From Chiloscyllium plagiosum (taxonomy: Eukaryota): 20,000 bases of DNA. The stretch spans positions 61,783,237 through 61,803,236 of the forward strand of contig NC_057719.1 of assembly GCF_004010195.1 (NCBI RefSeq), read 5' to 3'. The translations under genes were made by a program, and so were the position numbers. This document shows, piece by piece, positions 8,557-20,000 of the stretch. Every line of letters starts with the position of its first letter. Positions within the stretch are counted from its first letter, which is position 1. The notes under the pieces were generated by a model. It was not told where the DNA came from and did not search any database. It saw only the letters and a program-made list of their open reading frames with translations.

Positions 8557-10107
8557 ATCAAATCTTAATCTGTTCATTATCAGGAATGTCTTATGTAATT
8601 TTTGTTCACCTACAGGGGAATGATTAAGTTGACCAGACGAATAATTCTGTGCTGTGATTAATTTATATGAGTCAGTTTAGAAATGGCAAGACATAGGAAC
8701 TTCAGTACAAACCAAGAAAATAGAGTTAGATCTTCTTTTTGAAGAGAACTATCCAGTTCTGTAATGGCCAGAATATGTAAAGTAAATGAACTCACGATGG
8801 CCATGAGAAGGGATCCTGAGTGAGTTTCTGCAAATGTAAGGCATTGATTTAAAGAGAGTAGATAGGTTCAGAATGAGGAATGATATTCAATCTATTGGTT
8901 TTGGAGAGGTATTTCCCAAAACCTTTTTCCTAAATTGGCCTGTTTCTCTCTTTGTTCTAATGCCTTTCCAAAGAGGTTGTGTAAATGGGAGTAGTGATCT
9001 GAAAGAATTTGAAAGTGGCACCATGATTGATAGGCTGGTCAACTACTTGGTGTTTTCACATATGAATGGAAACAAAAACACTGATAGGAAGGCAAACAAT
9101 AATTTCCTTGAATAATATAAATGTCCAACTGTCACCCAAACTTTATTAATACAAATTCAATACAATTTTTCTTATACCTATTTTATTTAAATGCCTTCTT
9201 CTATCCTCCACTCCTTTAAAGCGGTTTCGGAGCTTCACTGTATTAAAGATGCTATGTAGGTGAAAATTGTTGTTGTTGTTATCGAACCTTTGATAATGAT
9301 AGTGAGGTTTTATAGTTACGTTGCAGCAAATATTTAAAATGCTGAATCTAGTAGTTGATTCAACAATTGCTGCACATACAAGAATAAACTTTATGTCCAC
9401 AGATAATGGTTTGAAGAGCTATCCACCACAAAAATAACACATACCAGCCAGGTCATGACATCCCTCCCCCAAATTTCCCATAATGCAACTGTTAGTTGTT
9501 CAAAGCTGTTACAGGCCATGAAACCTGAATGAACTTTTTAAATATACCTGGCAATCTGCAATTATTTCTTAAATATGTAAATTAGTTGCAACATTTTCAG
9601 CATGCATTGACAAATAATGAGACCCACACACCACCTGGTTGGGAGTTATAAGCCACTTGCTAAGCCAGTAACTGAAAATGTCATTATGGATTTACAAAGG
9701 GAACCACAGCTTCTAAAAAAATGATTACAAACTATAAAGCTGCATTACTCACTGAGAATATTTTCTCTAATGTGAGCTAGACTCATCCTCTACACATGTG
9801 TTTGTAGCCTTTAAAAAAGTCAGTATGCTTTGCACCTATTTGTTCAGTAAAGTGAAAGACCCACATCTTGGACCAGTAATAGCAACAATACTTTCAATTT
9901 TCACCATTATTACTCTACTGAAACTGATGGCAACTTTGTAAATCCACAAATGCACAGAATTGTGTCAAAATCCAGAAGTGATTAACAGTGATTCTACATT
10001 TTTCCAAAGAATGCATTGTGAGGAAATTAATTGGATTGATGAGAACTTCTAGTATTATGCTATTAGTATCATTTAAAACCCCTTGAACAAGTTGAACCTT
10101 CTTGAAA

Positions 10108-10790
10108 AGGGATTGGTTCACAAACAGGAAATAGAACAATGGCTAATTAGATCATTTTCAGGTTGGCAAAATAACTAGTGAAGTGACAACTAGTTTAGTG
10201 TGAGGCTGCAATTGTTTACAAACTAGTTTAATGATTTAGATTAAGGGACTAAATCATTAGCCAAATTTGCTGATTTAAATAAGAGAGCAAGTTGTGAGAA
10301 AGCTAGAAAGAATCTACACAGATTAAGTGAGTGGGCAAATTATTGGCAGATGGATTATAAAGTGGGAGATTGTGAAGTTGTCAACTTTGGCAGAATAATA
10401 GAAAAGTTGAATATAATTTAATATTACAGAATTCTGTGGTACAGAGTGAATCTGGATCTCTACAAATCAATCACAAAAGGTTAATAGGTAGCAACAAATA
10501 ATTAAGAATGTAAATGGTATATGAGCCTTTTTTATAAGGGGATTGAGTGTGCAAGTAGGGAAACCTTATTGCAATTGTACATTTAAGATGGAGATGTGGA
10601 GGAATTTCTTTTCTACAGGGGTAGTTAATTTTTGCAAATCTCCAACCCAGAGAGCTATAGAGACTGTATCATTGAATATATTCAAAACTGAGTTTAACAG
10701 ATTACAAAGGAGTCAAGTATTCAGAGGGGAAGACAGGACAAGGGACTTAAAGCCATGATCAGATTAACCATGATCTTAGTAAATGGCTGA
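10108..10790 (+). mobile_element. Heavily decayed CR1 RT-to-3' fragment
   Basis: Remnants of DWFTNRK, AKFAD, RLSEWANYWQMDYKVGDCEVVNFGR, and EMWRNFFSTGVVNF...SLNIFKTEFNR. Confidence 0.8.
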
Positions 10791-11289
10791 GTCATGCAGA
10801 TATATTTTTAGGTCCTTCATAATTAACATCATTTTAAAATGTATTAATAAACTACCAAACTTGCAAATTTGCTTTTCTGTGAAAATAGTCACCATATTAA
10901 ACTTTGGAATGCTACCTTCTACTCTTTCTTCATTGTTTTAACCAGTTCAATAAAGAACCTTTTCCCACGTGACAAAGAGACAAACTGAGAGCATTACCTA
11001 TACTTTCAAAAAATACTCTCCAATTTCTTGTGCAATTAGCACGTTTTCTGTTTAATTTCAAATTAGCAACATCCATATATTTTCTTCTCCTTGGTACTTC
11101 AAAGTGATCCTTCTCTGATTTCTTAATCTTCTCCTATTCAAATTTCTTCCAAACAAAGGTCGATTTGTAGTTCTCAAGACTCTCAACCAGCCCCCTTCCA
11201 CCTTGTTTATTTTCCATTCACTTTTCTAAGTATTCTTGTCAGTTGCTAATATCTATATAGCATGTGGCCACTTTTTGCAATGAGGTGAA

Positions 11290-12487
11290 TCAATGATGAA
11301 GGCAGAGTGGTCGACATTATCCAAATGGAATTTCAGCAAGGCTTTTGACAAGGTTCACATTGTAAACTGGTTAGCAAGATTAGATTACATGGAATCCAGG
11401 AGAAACTAGCCAATTGGACACAAAATTGCCTTAAAGGTAGGAGACAGAGTGTGGTGGTAAAGGGTTGTTTTTTGGATTGGAGGCCTGTGACAGTGGTGTT
11501 CTGCAAGGATTGGTGCTGGGTCCACTGCTTTTTGTCATTTATGTAAATGATTTGGAAGTGAATATGGAGGTATGGTTAGTAAGTTTTCAGATGACACCAA
11601 AATTGATGATGTAAAGAACAGCGAAGAAGCTTACCTCAGAGTATAACGGGACCTTGATCAGATGGACCAAAGAACTGAGGAGTGGCAGATGGAGTTGAAT
11701 TTAGATAAATGTGAGGTGTTGCAATTTGTTAAGGCAAACCAAGGCAGGACTTATATGGTTAATGGTAGAGCCACTGGGGAGTGTTGCTGAACAAAGAGAC
11801 AAGGAGTGCAGGTGTATAGTTCTTTAAAAGTGGAGTCACAGGTAGACAGGGTGATGAAGAAGGTGTTTGCCATGTTTGTCTTCATTGGTCAGTGCATGGA
11901 GTATAGGAGTTGTGGCTATAGAGGACATTGGCTAGGCTACTTTTAGAATTTTGCATTTGATTCTGGTCTCCCTGCTATGGGAAAGATGTTAAATTTGAAA
12001 GAGTTCAGAAAAGATTCAGAAGGATGTTGCTGTAATTGGAGAATTTGAGCTTTTGGGAGAGGGTGAATAGTCTGGAGCATTTTTCCCTGGAGCATTGGAA
12101 AATGAGGGGTGACCTTGTAGAGGTTTATAAAATCATGAGAGGCTTGGATAGGATGAATAGCCAAGGTCTTCTTTTCCAGGTTGGGGAGTTCAAAATATGA
12201 GGACATACATTTAAGGTGAGGGAGGAAAGATTTAAAAGGGACCTGAGGGGCAACCTTTTCGCGCAGAGGGTGGTGCGTCTATGGAACAAACTGCCAGAGG
12301 AAGTGGTGGAGGCTGGTATAATTACAACATTTAAGAGGCATCTGAAAAGGTACATGAAAAGGAAAGGTTTAGAGAGAAATGGGCCAAATGCTAGCAAATG
12401 GGATTAAGTCAGATTGGGATGTTTGGTCAGGGCAAATAAGTTTTCCAGAAGGGTCTGTTTTTGTGTCAGATAATTTTATGACTCTAT
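11290..12487 (+). mobile_element. 5'-truncated CR1 LINE, RT to 3' tail
   Basis: [39 protein letters not shown], and ERFKRDLRGNLFAQRVVRLWNKLPEEVVEAG...WD*. Tail TTTATGACTCTATG. Confidence 0.92.
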
Positions 12488-14932
12488 GCCACTACTGCTT
12501 TTGGTTTTGTATAAACAGCAAATTCTGCCTGAAATGTGCTAAATAATCAATGTGAATGAATTACATATTAATGGAAACTGATAAGACATATGGCATGTTC
12601 AAGCAGGAGCAATCATTTACCAACAATCTATGGTCATGAGGCCTCATTAATGTGATTTAATGTATAATGAATCATCATTTCCTTTCAAGAAAAAAGTGAT
12701 GCAATTTCTACAGAGAAAGGGGATAGATGGATCTTGTGAGATCACTGGAAGATGCTAGAGGTTAGTATTGTTGAATAGCAGTTTTGTTCGACCATATGGT
12801 TTCTTCTTCTTCCCCAAATCCCTCAGCTTCCTCCTAAACATTTAAATAGGTGTGTCCTAAATGACATGTTGCTCAACATGGCACAACACATCCATTTCCC
12901 AAAGACCACACCTAAGACATTTAAACTCAAACTCAAAACAAATCTCTTATCTATTGCACATCATCTCATAAATCATATCCTTAACAATGCACCTCACCTA
13001 ACACACAATATTCCTCATCTATTGCAAAATATGTTTTATCGAATGCATTTCTGACCCAAAATAATGAATATGCTTAATATAACTTGGACCCATTTTCTGA
13101 CAGATTTTTCAGATCAGGTATAGATTAACTGACCATTTGGCTATTTTCCCAAATATGGCAAAATATTATGAGCTTTGTGATATATTAATTGGACTTCATA
13201 TTGTAATTTCACAACTTGTCATGACTATTTACTGCTTTTATTTTCAATAATTCATTAAGCATCCTTCAAAATAATTCTCAACAAATTTATATACACATTT
13301 TATAATATGTTTCCTTGTGGCCTCACCTACTATATTTCGCAATTCTGTCAGTAATCTGAGCCCAATGAATACATGCTTGAGTAAGTTAATAATCCTCATC
13401 CTTAATAAGATATAAAAGCTGCACTGTAAAGATATTTAAAGAAATAATTATTCTATTGAACAGATATTTTCTATATCAATGCTTTATCAATTTATATTTA
13501 AAACTGTTGAATAATTTTATTCTAATCAGCAATTCCTTTTACAAGTTGCTCCATTTTACTGAGACTGTGCAGGTTTCAGATGTGACCCAACCCAGCCCTA
13601 GCTAGCTCGGCAAACAGCTTGACAAATGAGGCAGTCCAAATCCAAGCATAGATCCCTAGTGGTTAACTTAGAGGCTGCATTTGCAGCACAGAGCCTCAGC
13701 TGTCTTCTCAGACATTTCTCTCTTCTCAGCAGCAACCGCATGACAACCACAATCTGAGGCTGTGGCCAGCTCCCCTTAATTTATAACTCTTACATTATTT
13801 GCAATCAAGCAGAATTGCAAATAAGCACCGCCTATTGGCATACACAATACACTTTAAAAAGCTTTTAAAGTCAAAGATCATCTTTCCCATATCTATATTT
13901 TTATGGACATATATGTCCAACAGTCTGAAATCTGGTTAAGTAGTGACATATGATTTGTGATCAGACTGATTAAAAATTTCAGCATAACACAGAAGGTACC
14001 GATGAACAAAAAAAAATTAAATCACTCAAGCGTCCACTCCTGCCCTAATCACATGAGTCCTAAAGGCCAGTATAATACACATTTAGTACCTGTCTTTAGA
14101 AGCATATCATAAAATATTGAATGTCTTATATTTCACAAAATGTCACTTAAGACGAAAAGATATGCTTTCTTTTCACATTGCACATTATTATAATGAACAC
14201 TTTACACACACACACATCTTACAGAATAAAATAAAAAAATTTCTAATATATAGTTTAACACAGACAATTCAGAAAATAATTATAACATGAATATTTAACC
14301 ACCACAGAATTACTGTTATCACATAGATTTTTAACTTACTGGATATATTGTAATTTATATTAACATAATCTGCAAAAAGTCTTTAAACATTAATGTAAAG
14401 AAAGGCTAGCTTAAGGCTAAAGCCAAATAAGAATTAAGTTGCTGGCTGCAGGATAAATTTACAACAATCAACAGCACTTTCAATATAACACTCAGCTGTT
14501 TGATTTTTGGAAAGCTTATGCCTACACATTGCTCCCTATAATGAACAATGTACGATATTATAAGAGTATGAAAACACACAATTATTTGTGGCATTAATGA
14601 AGCATTGTTAGATTGTGCAACATTCTCAGCTTTATTATTTTATGTTTTGTCAAACTAGTTCAGGTAGATTTTCCAATAATGTAAGAAAAAAAGTGAAAAA
14701 AAACAAGTTGAGAAGGCTTGAGTTTGTACATTAGGAGTCGAGGCCTTCATCTTATTCCCATCTGCAGAATACAGTCTATTGATGCGGCAGCCTCCCTCGC
14801 AAGATTTGAATAATACCAAACACAAAGAAAAAATCTCTGGAGGCGTTTCTGCCACAGCACATTGGAGTTCAATTCTGAAGTCTGAGACAATTACCAATTG
14901 TTAGTTTTTAAAAGAAATCCTCGTGGCAAAGA

Positions 14933-15125
14933 ACTTACCATTTCCTTTTATACCATTTTTCCTTCGGTTTATTCGTCGCTCTAAGGATGCGCTAGGAGGT
15001 GTCTCATTTGACCTGCTGCATGCTGCTATGACATCAGTCAGATGATACAGTTCATTATGGGAAAGACTACTGTTGCTATGGAAACTGAGATGTGATGTGA
15101 ATTTTTACTGCAAGCCCATTGGCAG
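14933..15125 (-). promoter_or_regulatory. Candidate promoter and first exon ending in ATG|GTAAGT
   Basis: In minus-strand order: CCAAT (15122-15118), X-box (15085-15072), TGATGTCA (15036-15029), a CpG cluster (~14965-14992), ATG (14941-14939) and consensus donor GTAAGT (14938-14933). Confidence 0.42.
15072..15085. promoter_or_regulatory. RFX X-box motif
   Basis: GTTGCTATGGAAAC (reverse complement GTTTCCATAGCAAC) matches the 14-bp palindromic RFX consensus (GTTGCCATGGCAAC type) in non-repetitive DNA. Confidence 0.6.
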
Positions 15126-15499
15126 TAAGGGACCACCTTGTTCTATAAGACTTTGGCTCGGTTTCTATAATAGGGGAAACTGAGAGAGAACTGCCTTACA
15201 ATGCAACTCTTTCTGCAAGTCAGAACATTTCACTTGTAACATGGAGTATTTACAGTAAAAAAGCAATATAGTAATAACAATAGGAAATGTGCCTCCTTGG
15301 AAACACATAAGAAAGAGAAAGAATTTTGATATAGTAATAAAAGTATTTGATTAATTAATACAATCTAAACTGATTTCCATGACTTGAGGGGTACATTTTA
15401 ACTTTTTCCACTGCTGGGACACTAGCACAAGTGATTTGATTGCTTGTCATACACATAGGTAAGAAATCTGGCGGGGCTTATAAGAGAGGCAACCAATTG

Positions 15500-15720
15500 A
15501 TGGTGGACCAAAAGTGGCATTTCATTCGGAATGCACTACCTGATAGGATGATGCATCAATTGTAGCCTGTAAAAAGGAATTCTATAAACTCTTCAACAAA
15601 ATACTTATACTGATGTAAGGAAAGAGCACATGAGTCGGACTAACTGGATTAGTCTAGAAAACAATTGGTGCAAACAGACTGGCCAAATGATTTCTTTCTA
15701 TGCTGTGCTACATTGTGGTT
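15500..15720 (+). mobile_element. Old CR1 3' end fragment
   Basis: Decayed (W)NALPDRM..SIVACKKE..GKSTxVGL plus a CR1-like tail (GACTGGCCAAATGATTTCTTTCTATGCTGT). Confidence 0.6.
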
Positions 15721-16240
15721 GTCACATTTAATGATTTACTTCAGTACTCTGATCACTGGTATCCCGAAAGAGATCTTCTACTCGGTGGTTTGCTTCAAGC
15801 AATCATCCCTTAATATACATAACAAAGCTGCGTAGCAGATAAAAGGCCTCCAAGAACAATTTTCATTGATAAATCGATGGGCCCAATCATGCATGAGGAG
15901 AGGCATCAAAATTGAAAGTTTAGTGTTATTATTTTGAATCAAGAAGAGCAGAGGTGCCCCTTCAGATTCACTAGAATACTGACAGAAGACTATTCTCCAT
16001 TAGAAATGAGGACACTGACCAGGAAGGAAATGTGACACATCCTGGCTGAGGCTGTTGTAACATTCAGCAGCTTTACTGTCATATGAAGATATTCTCGAGC
16101 TTGACTTGTGATACCCACTATCAATTTTGCCTATGCATTCTGTCTGATAGAGGATGTTGGAGTACTTCTGCCAGATTTTTACTTGCATATTTTGTATTAT
16201 TCGGAATTTCCACTTTATTATTATGTTTAGTTTTTTTCTG

Positions 16241-16798
16241 TACCATAAGACATAGGAGTGGAAGTAAGGCCATTTGGCCCATCAAGTCCACTCCACCATT
16301 TAAGCATGGCTGATGAGCATTTCAACTCCACTTACCCGCACTCTCCCCATAGTCCTTAATTCATTGTTTCTATTAGATCTCCCCTCAACCTTCCAACTCT
16401 AATGAATACAATCCCAGGATCCTCAGCCATTCATCGTATATTAGGCCTATCATCCCAGGGGTCATCCGTGTGAATCTCCACTGGACACGCTCCAGTGCCA
16501 ATATGTCCTTCCTGAGGTGTGGGGCCCAAAATTGGACACATTATTCCAAATGGGGCCTAACTAGAGCTTTATAAAGTCTCAGAAGCATATCGCTGCTTTT
16601 ATATTCCAACCCTCTTGAGATAAATGACAACATTACATTCGCTTTCTTAATCATAGACTCAACCTACAAGTCAACTTTTAGAGAATCCTGGACTAGCACT
16701 CCCAGATCCCTTTGTACTTCAGATTTATGAATTTTCTCACCATTTAGAAAATAGCCCATGCCTGTATTCTTTTTTCCAAAGTGCAAGACCCCACATTC
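16241..16798 (-). mobile_element. CR1 3' fragment (third subfamily) with an internal deletion
   Basis: Tail seen on + as ACCATAAGACATAGGAG. The minus strand encodes LLRLYKALVRPHLE.CVQFWAPHLRKDILALERVQWRFTRM. Confidence 0.88.
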
Positions 16799-16939
16799 CC
16801 CTATCTATTTTGCATGTTTTATATGATTTTTTATATTTTTTGTGTTTTAAATGTTGTGTCACTTTCTTTGACATATTTTAGATATCTTCAAGTTGTTACA
16901 AGATAATTCAACAGTGGGTCCAGTTGATTTGAAAGGTAA

Positions 16940-16986
16940 TTTTGGCCCAGATTTTCAAGTTTCCAGATAATCAAGGTTGATTGTAC
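16940..16986. mobile_element. Possible Tc1/mariner Tigger-like terminal remnant
   Basis: The minus strand TACAATCAACCTTGATTATCTGGA resembles Tigger ends (TA-CAGT..AACCTCGATTATCCG). No partner end identified. Confidence 0.3.
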
Positions 16987-17554
16987 CCTGCATGGTATGT
17001 GTCAAAGCCCTCAGAACTCCTAATGCATAGACTATGTGATAGTTGCACTGGAAATTAAATTTCCATTTTGCAATTACTCAGCATTTGCTATCTGGAAGCC
17101 TCCAAAAACATTCCCAATTCTGACTTAGGGTCGTGGACTTCAGAAGGCAATACCTCCTTACATTAATAGCGAGTCAAGAAATGTTTAAAGATTAAAACCT
17201 GTTCTCACTTCTGACTAATTGTAAAACTAATCCCCTCTCAAGTCATCAGAAGACAGTAATCACTCACACTAACCCATCTATCACGCATATCAATGACTCT
17301 CATTGAAACACTGGACCCCAGACACCTGCACATGCACTCACCCTGAACACGAAGTGACTTCCACACCAACACCCCTCACCTTTCAAGACAGCCAATTCTC
17401 TCATTTACGTACCTGCCACCCTAACCCCTCACGCACCTGTAATCTTGCCTTACTAACCCCTTACCCACATGCCACCCTATCTCCTTGCCTGTTTACCCGC
17501 CCCACTACTCTTTCTCTCTCATTTACTTTCACATACTTAGTAGTTGTCAAATTC

Positions 17555-18170
17555 ATCCGTGCTGAAACCAAGACTCTTGTGTGTAAGGCAGCCATCCTTC
17601 TAACTCTTCTACATGGCACCAAAGATTGGACTAAGTGTAGGTGCTATCTCAAGGCTTCGTAAAGTACCATCAACATTGTTTCAGACTGATTCGCTGCATC
17701 ACCTGGAGTACAGGCGTACTAACATGAGCATCCTTGATGCAGCCAATAGCACCAGCATTGAGGCTGTGATCATCCAAAACCAACTCTGCTGGGCTGACCA
17801 CTTGCTTAGGATGCCTGAGTTCTGACTACCAAAGCAAATCTTCTTTGCCCAGCTCAAGGAAGCCACTTGATTGAGAGGAGGACCAAAGAAGCGTTTCAAT
17901 GACTCCCTGAAAAAATATAGCTTAGAGGTCAACACATGGGAGACCCTTGTTCAGAAGAAACTGACTTGTAGGAAACTCCACAATGAAGGTCATAGTTCCT
18001 TGAACACCTGCTGGCAAGAGGAAGTATGGAAAAGGAACCTGAAAAAGGGGTGTTAGCAATCTCAAGGTGAAGGACCAACTCCACCTCACAGAAACACCTG
18101 TCAAATGTGTGGTCAGAGATGCAGCGGTAGGATCAGGTTCACTGGCCACACAAGGACCCAAAGAATCCAG
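17555..18170 (+). mobile_element. RTE-clade (BovB-like) LINE 3' fragment
   Basis: TKTLVCKAAILLTLLHG..DW, RRTNMSILDAAN..SIEAVIIQNQLCWADHLLRMP, LPKQIFF, RGGPKKRFNDSLK and a terminal CQMCG...RIRFTGHTRT zinc-finger remnant. Confidence 0.88.
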
Positions 18171-18880
18171 TACCAGGGATATCGAATTTCCTAAGTGACT
18201 GTAGATGATGAGTTGTCAAAGAGTCTTTCATAGCTTTAATCTGTGATTGTTGCTGTAAAAAGAGGGTGTGGTTTCTACAACGAGCCATTGTGATGCTGCC
18301 TGCATGGTTTGCTGGACCATGATGAATCTTGCATGACTCATCCAGCCAGAAGAATCCTGGAAAAGTAATTATGGCAACATTTATGTCCTGATCTGGAACA
18401 GACATTGGAATTCAAACCCAGATCAGAAGATTCAAGCCATGTCTATCGTGGAATACTTTACTAAATCCTCAGTGTCAAGCAAAGATCACATGTCATATAG
18501 TTGAAATCCACAAATGAATTTGATAACTCGAGTTGTTACAGCTGTAACAGGATAAATGAGTGGATAATCAATCATTACTTCATAAGTTGCACCATTTGTA
18601 TAAACGTTTAAATTCAAATGGCCAATTATCTCCCTTTCGTCCTGCCATTCAGAATAAAATAGACTTTCATCAAGCTTTTTGAATGAACTTATAATCAATT
18701 TATTATTTAAAACTCTCATTTGCCCTAAATAAGCTTTGCATGTAAATGAATCAATTAGAAAACATGGGTGATTTACTGGTGATGGTTATTAGGTGAAAAA
18801 CTACCATGGTTGATTTGTGATGCAAAAAAGAAATTCGATTGTGCAACACAGCACTGATGGATATAAAAAGAAAGTAAAAC

Positions 18881-19022
18881 TCATAGAATTATAGAATTAT
18901 ACTGAACAGAAGGAAGCCATTCAACCCATTGTGTTTGTACAGCTCTTGAAAGAGCTACCCAGCTACTCCCACTCTCCAGCCCTATATCTGCAGCCTGCTA
19001 AATTTGCCACTTTTAAAATATG
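18881..19022 (-). mobile_element. Short CR1 3' tail fragment
   Basis: TCATAGAATTATAGAATTATACTGAACAGAAGGAAGCCATTCAACCCATTGTG is the antisense of a CR1 3' UTR and tail. Confidence 0.75.
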
Positions 19023-19471
19023 TGACCAAACTGATTAACATCTAGGCTATTATCTGGAATTAGAACAATATCCACTTTTAATCTGAAAAGAGACACACTC
19101 ATAACACAAAGGGTTTACTCTGTTGTGATGATATTTTAAAACAGCAAAAGAAAATCACCCTTATTGACCAATGTTTGAAAACTAAAAGATAGAATTTGAT
19201 GAATTTTCACACTCCACTGGATTTCTCATTGAAGAAGTAGAACTATGGAAGGTCTTCCAAACAAAGCTTCAGGCTGGATAGAAATCAAAGCCTTTGGATA
19301 CTGGTCACAGTTCAGCTTTTGTGAAACAAAAACTAAGTCCAGATTTATGCAAACATTAGCATGGGAGCCTGATTAAAAGTGAAAAAGAAACCATCTCTTA
19401 CCTCCCCAAAAGCATTGCTAGGCCATTTTTCAGTCATTTGACTTTCTTTAATTAGCATGTGCATCATAGTC

Positions 19472-19733
19472 CAAAGTGGCTCAGTGGTTGGCACTGCTGA
19501 TCACAGCACGAGGGACCTCGGTTCGAATCCAGCCTCAGGTGACTGTCTGTGTGGAGTTTGCACATTCTCACCTGTGTCTGCGTTGATTTCCTCTGGGTGC
19601 TCTCGTTTCCTCCCACAGTCTAAAGATGTGCAGGTTAGGTGAATTGGCCATGCTAAACTGCCCATAGTGTTAGGTGCATTAGTCAGACGGAAATGGGTCT
19701 GGGTGGGTTACTTTTCGGAGGGTCGGTGTGGCC
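19472..19733 (+). mobile_element. tRNA-derived V-SINE (HE1-like), 3' tail interrupted
   Basis: Pol III A box TGGCTCAGTGG (19477-19487) and B box GGTTCGAATCC (19520-19530). V-domain TGTGTGGAGTTTGCACATTCTC...GGGTGCTC..TTTCCTCCCACAGTCTAAAGATGTGCAGGTTAGGTGAATTGGCCATGCTAAA. Confidence 0.9.
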
Positions 19734-20000
19734 TTAGAGTCATAGAAATGTACAGCATGGAAACAGACCCTTCGGTCCAACCCCTCCATGCCAACCAGAT
19801 ATCCCAACCCAATCTAGTCCCACCTGCCGGCACCCAGCCCATATCCCTCCAAACCCTTCCTATTCATATACCCATCCAAATGCCTCTTAAATGTTGCAAT
19901 TGTACCAGCCTCCACCACATCCTCTGGCAGCTCATTCTATACACGTACCACCCTTTGCGTGAAAAAGTTGCCCCTTAAGTCTCTTTCATATCTTTCCCCT
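19734..20000 (-). mobile_element. CR1 LINE 3' end, same subfamily as 616-5331; runs off the window
   Basis: Colinear with ~625-890, roughly 90% identical by eye. Confidence 0.93.

Noticed and set aside
8590..8660. Strong plus-strand splice acceptor TTTTTGTTCACCTACAG
   Set aside because: All three downstream frames stop within ~45 nt and no matching donor was identified.
12670..12830. Possible ancient LINE 3' tail
   Set aside because: Similarity is too weak to assign by eye.
14204..14216. (AC)n microsatellite, and (TTG)n at ~9267-9280
   Set aside because: Too short to be notable.
14655..14897. 80-aa minus-strand ORF with a hydrophobic C-terminus
   Set aside because: It starts at TTG rather than ATG, has no recognisable domain or clear splice acceptor, and lies just downstream of the candidate donor, so it is probably intronic.
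15029..15122. MHC class II-like S-X-Y promoter module
   Set aside because: X-box, CRE-like and CCAAT motifs are present, but their order and spacing do not fit the fixed X1-X2-Y arrangement.
17230..17530. C/A-rich stretch and the 119-aa ORF 17303-17662
   Set aside because: Low-complexity sequence read in frame into the RTE fragment; no support for a real gene.
18400..18480. B-box-like GGGTTTGAATTCC on the minus strand (old SINE?)
   Set aside because: No convincing A box or SINE body.
19472..19545. tRNA gene
   Set aside because: The A and B boxes belong to the SINE head. There is no complete cloverleaf, and the sequence continues into the V-SINE body.

Overview
Eukaryotic, repeat-rich genomic DNA, very likely from a cartilaginous fish (shark-like; inferred from an HE1-type V-SINE and the CR1/Penelope families present). 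No intact host protein-coding gene is visible, and almost all listed ORFs are retroelement fragments or their antisense shadows. The left 5.6 kb is a three-level nest: an old CR1 3' fragment (+) is split by a near full-length, decayed CR1 LINE (-; ORF1 zinc-finger/SGNH esterase, ORF2 APE endonuclease-RT). The LINE's 5' UTR carries a ~650-bp Penelope-like insertion with a 14-bp target-site duplication. That insertion holds three minimal hammerhead-ribozyme motifs (two in tandem 200 nt apart, one inverted) and a GIY-YIG fragment, and folds into a ~390-nt near-perfect hairpin. The rest contains more CR1 fragments, a Rex1/Babar 3' end, an RTE fragment and an HE1 SINE. A unique AT-rich interval (~12.8-15.4 kb) holds a candidate minus-strand promoter and first exon (canonical RFX X-box, CRE-like site, CCAAT box, ATG|GTAAGT). 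Two N-gaps are present. The most notable structures are the ribozyme hairpin cassette and the X-box promoter; neither is shown to be a new system from sequence alone.
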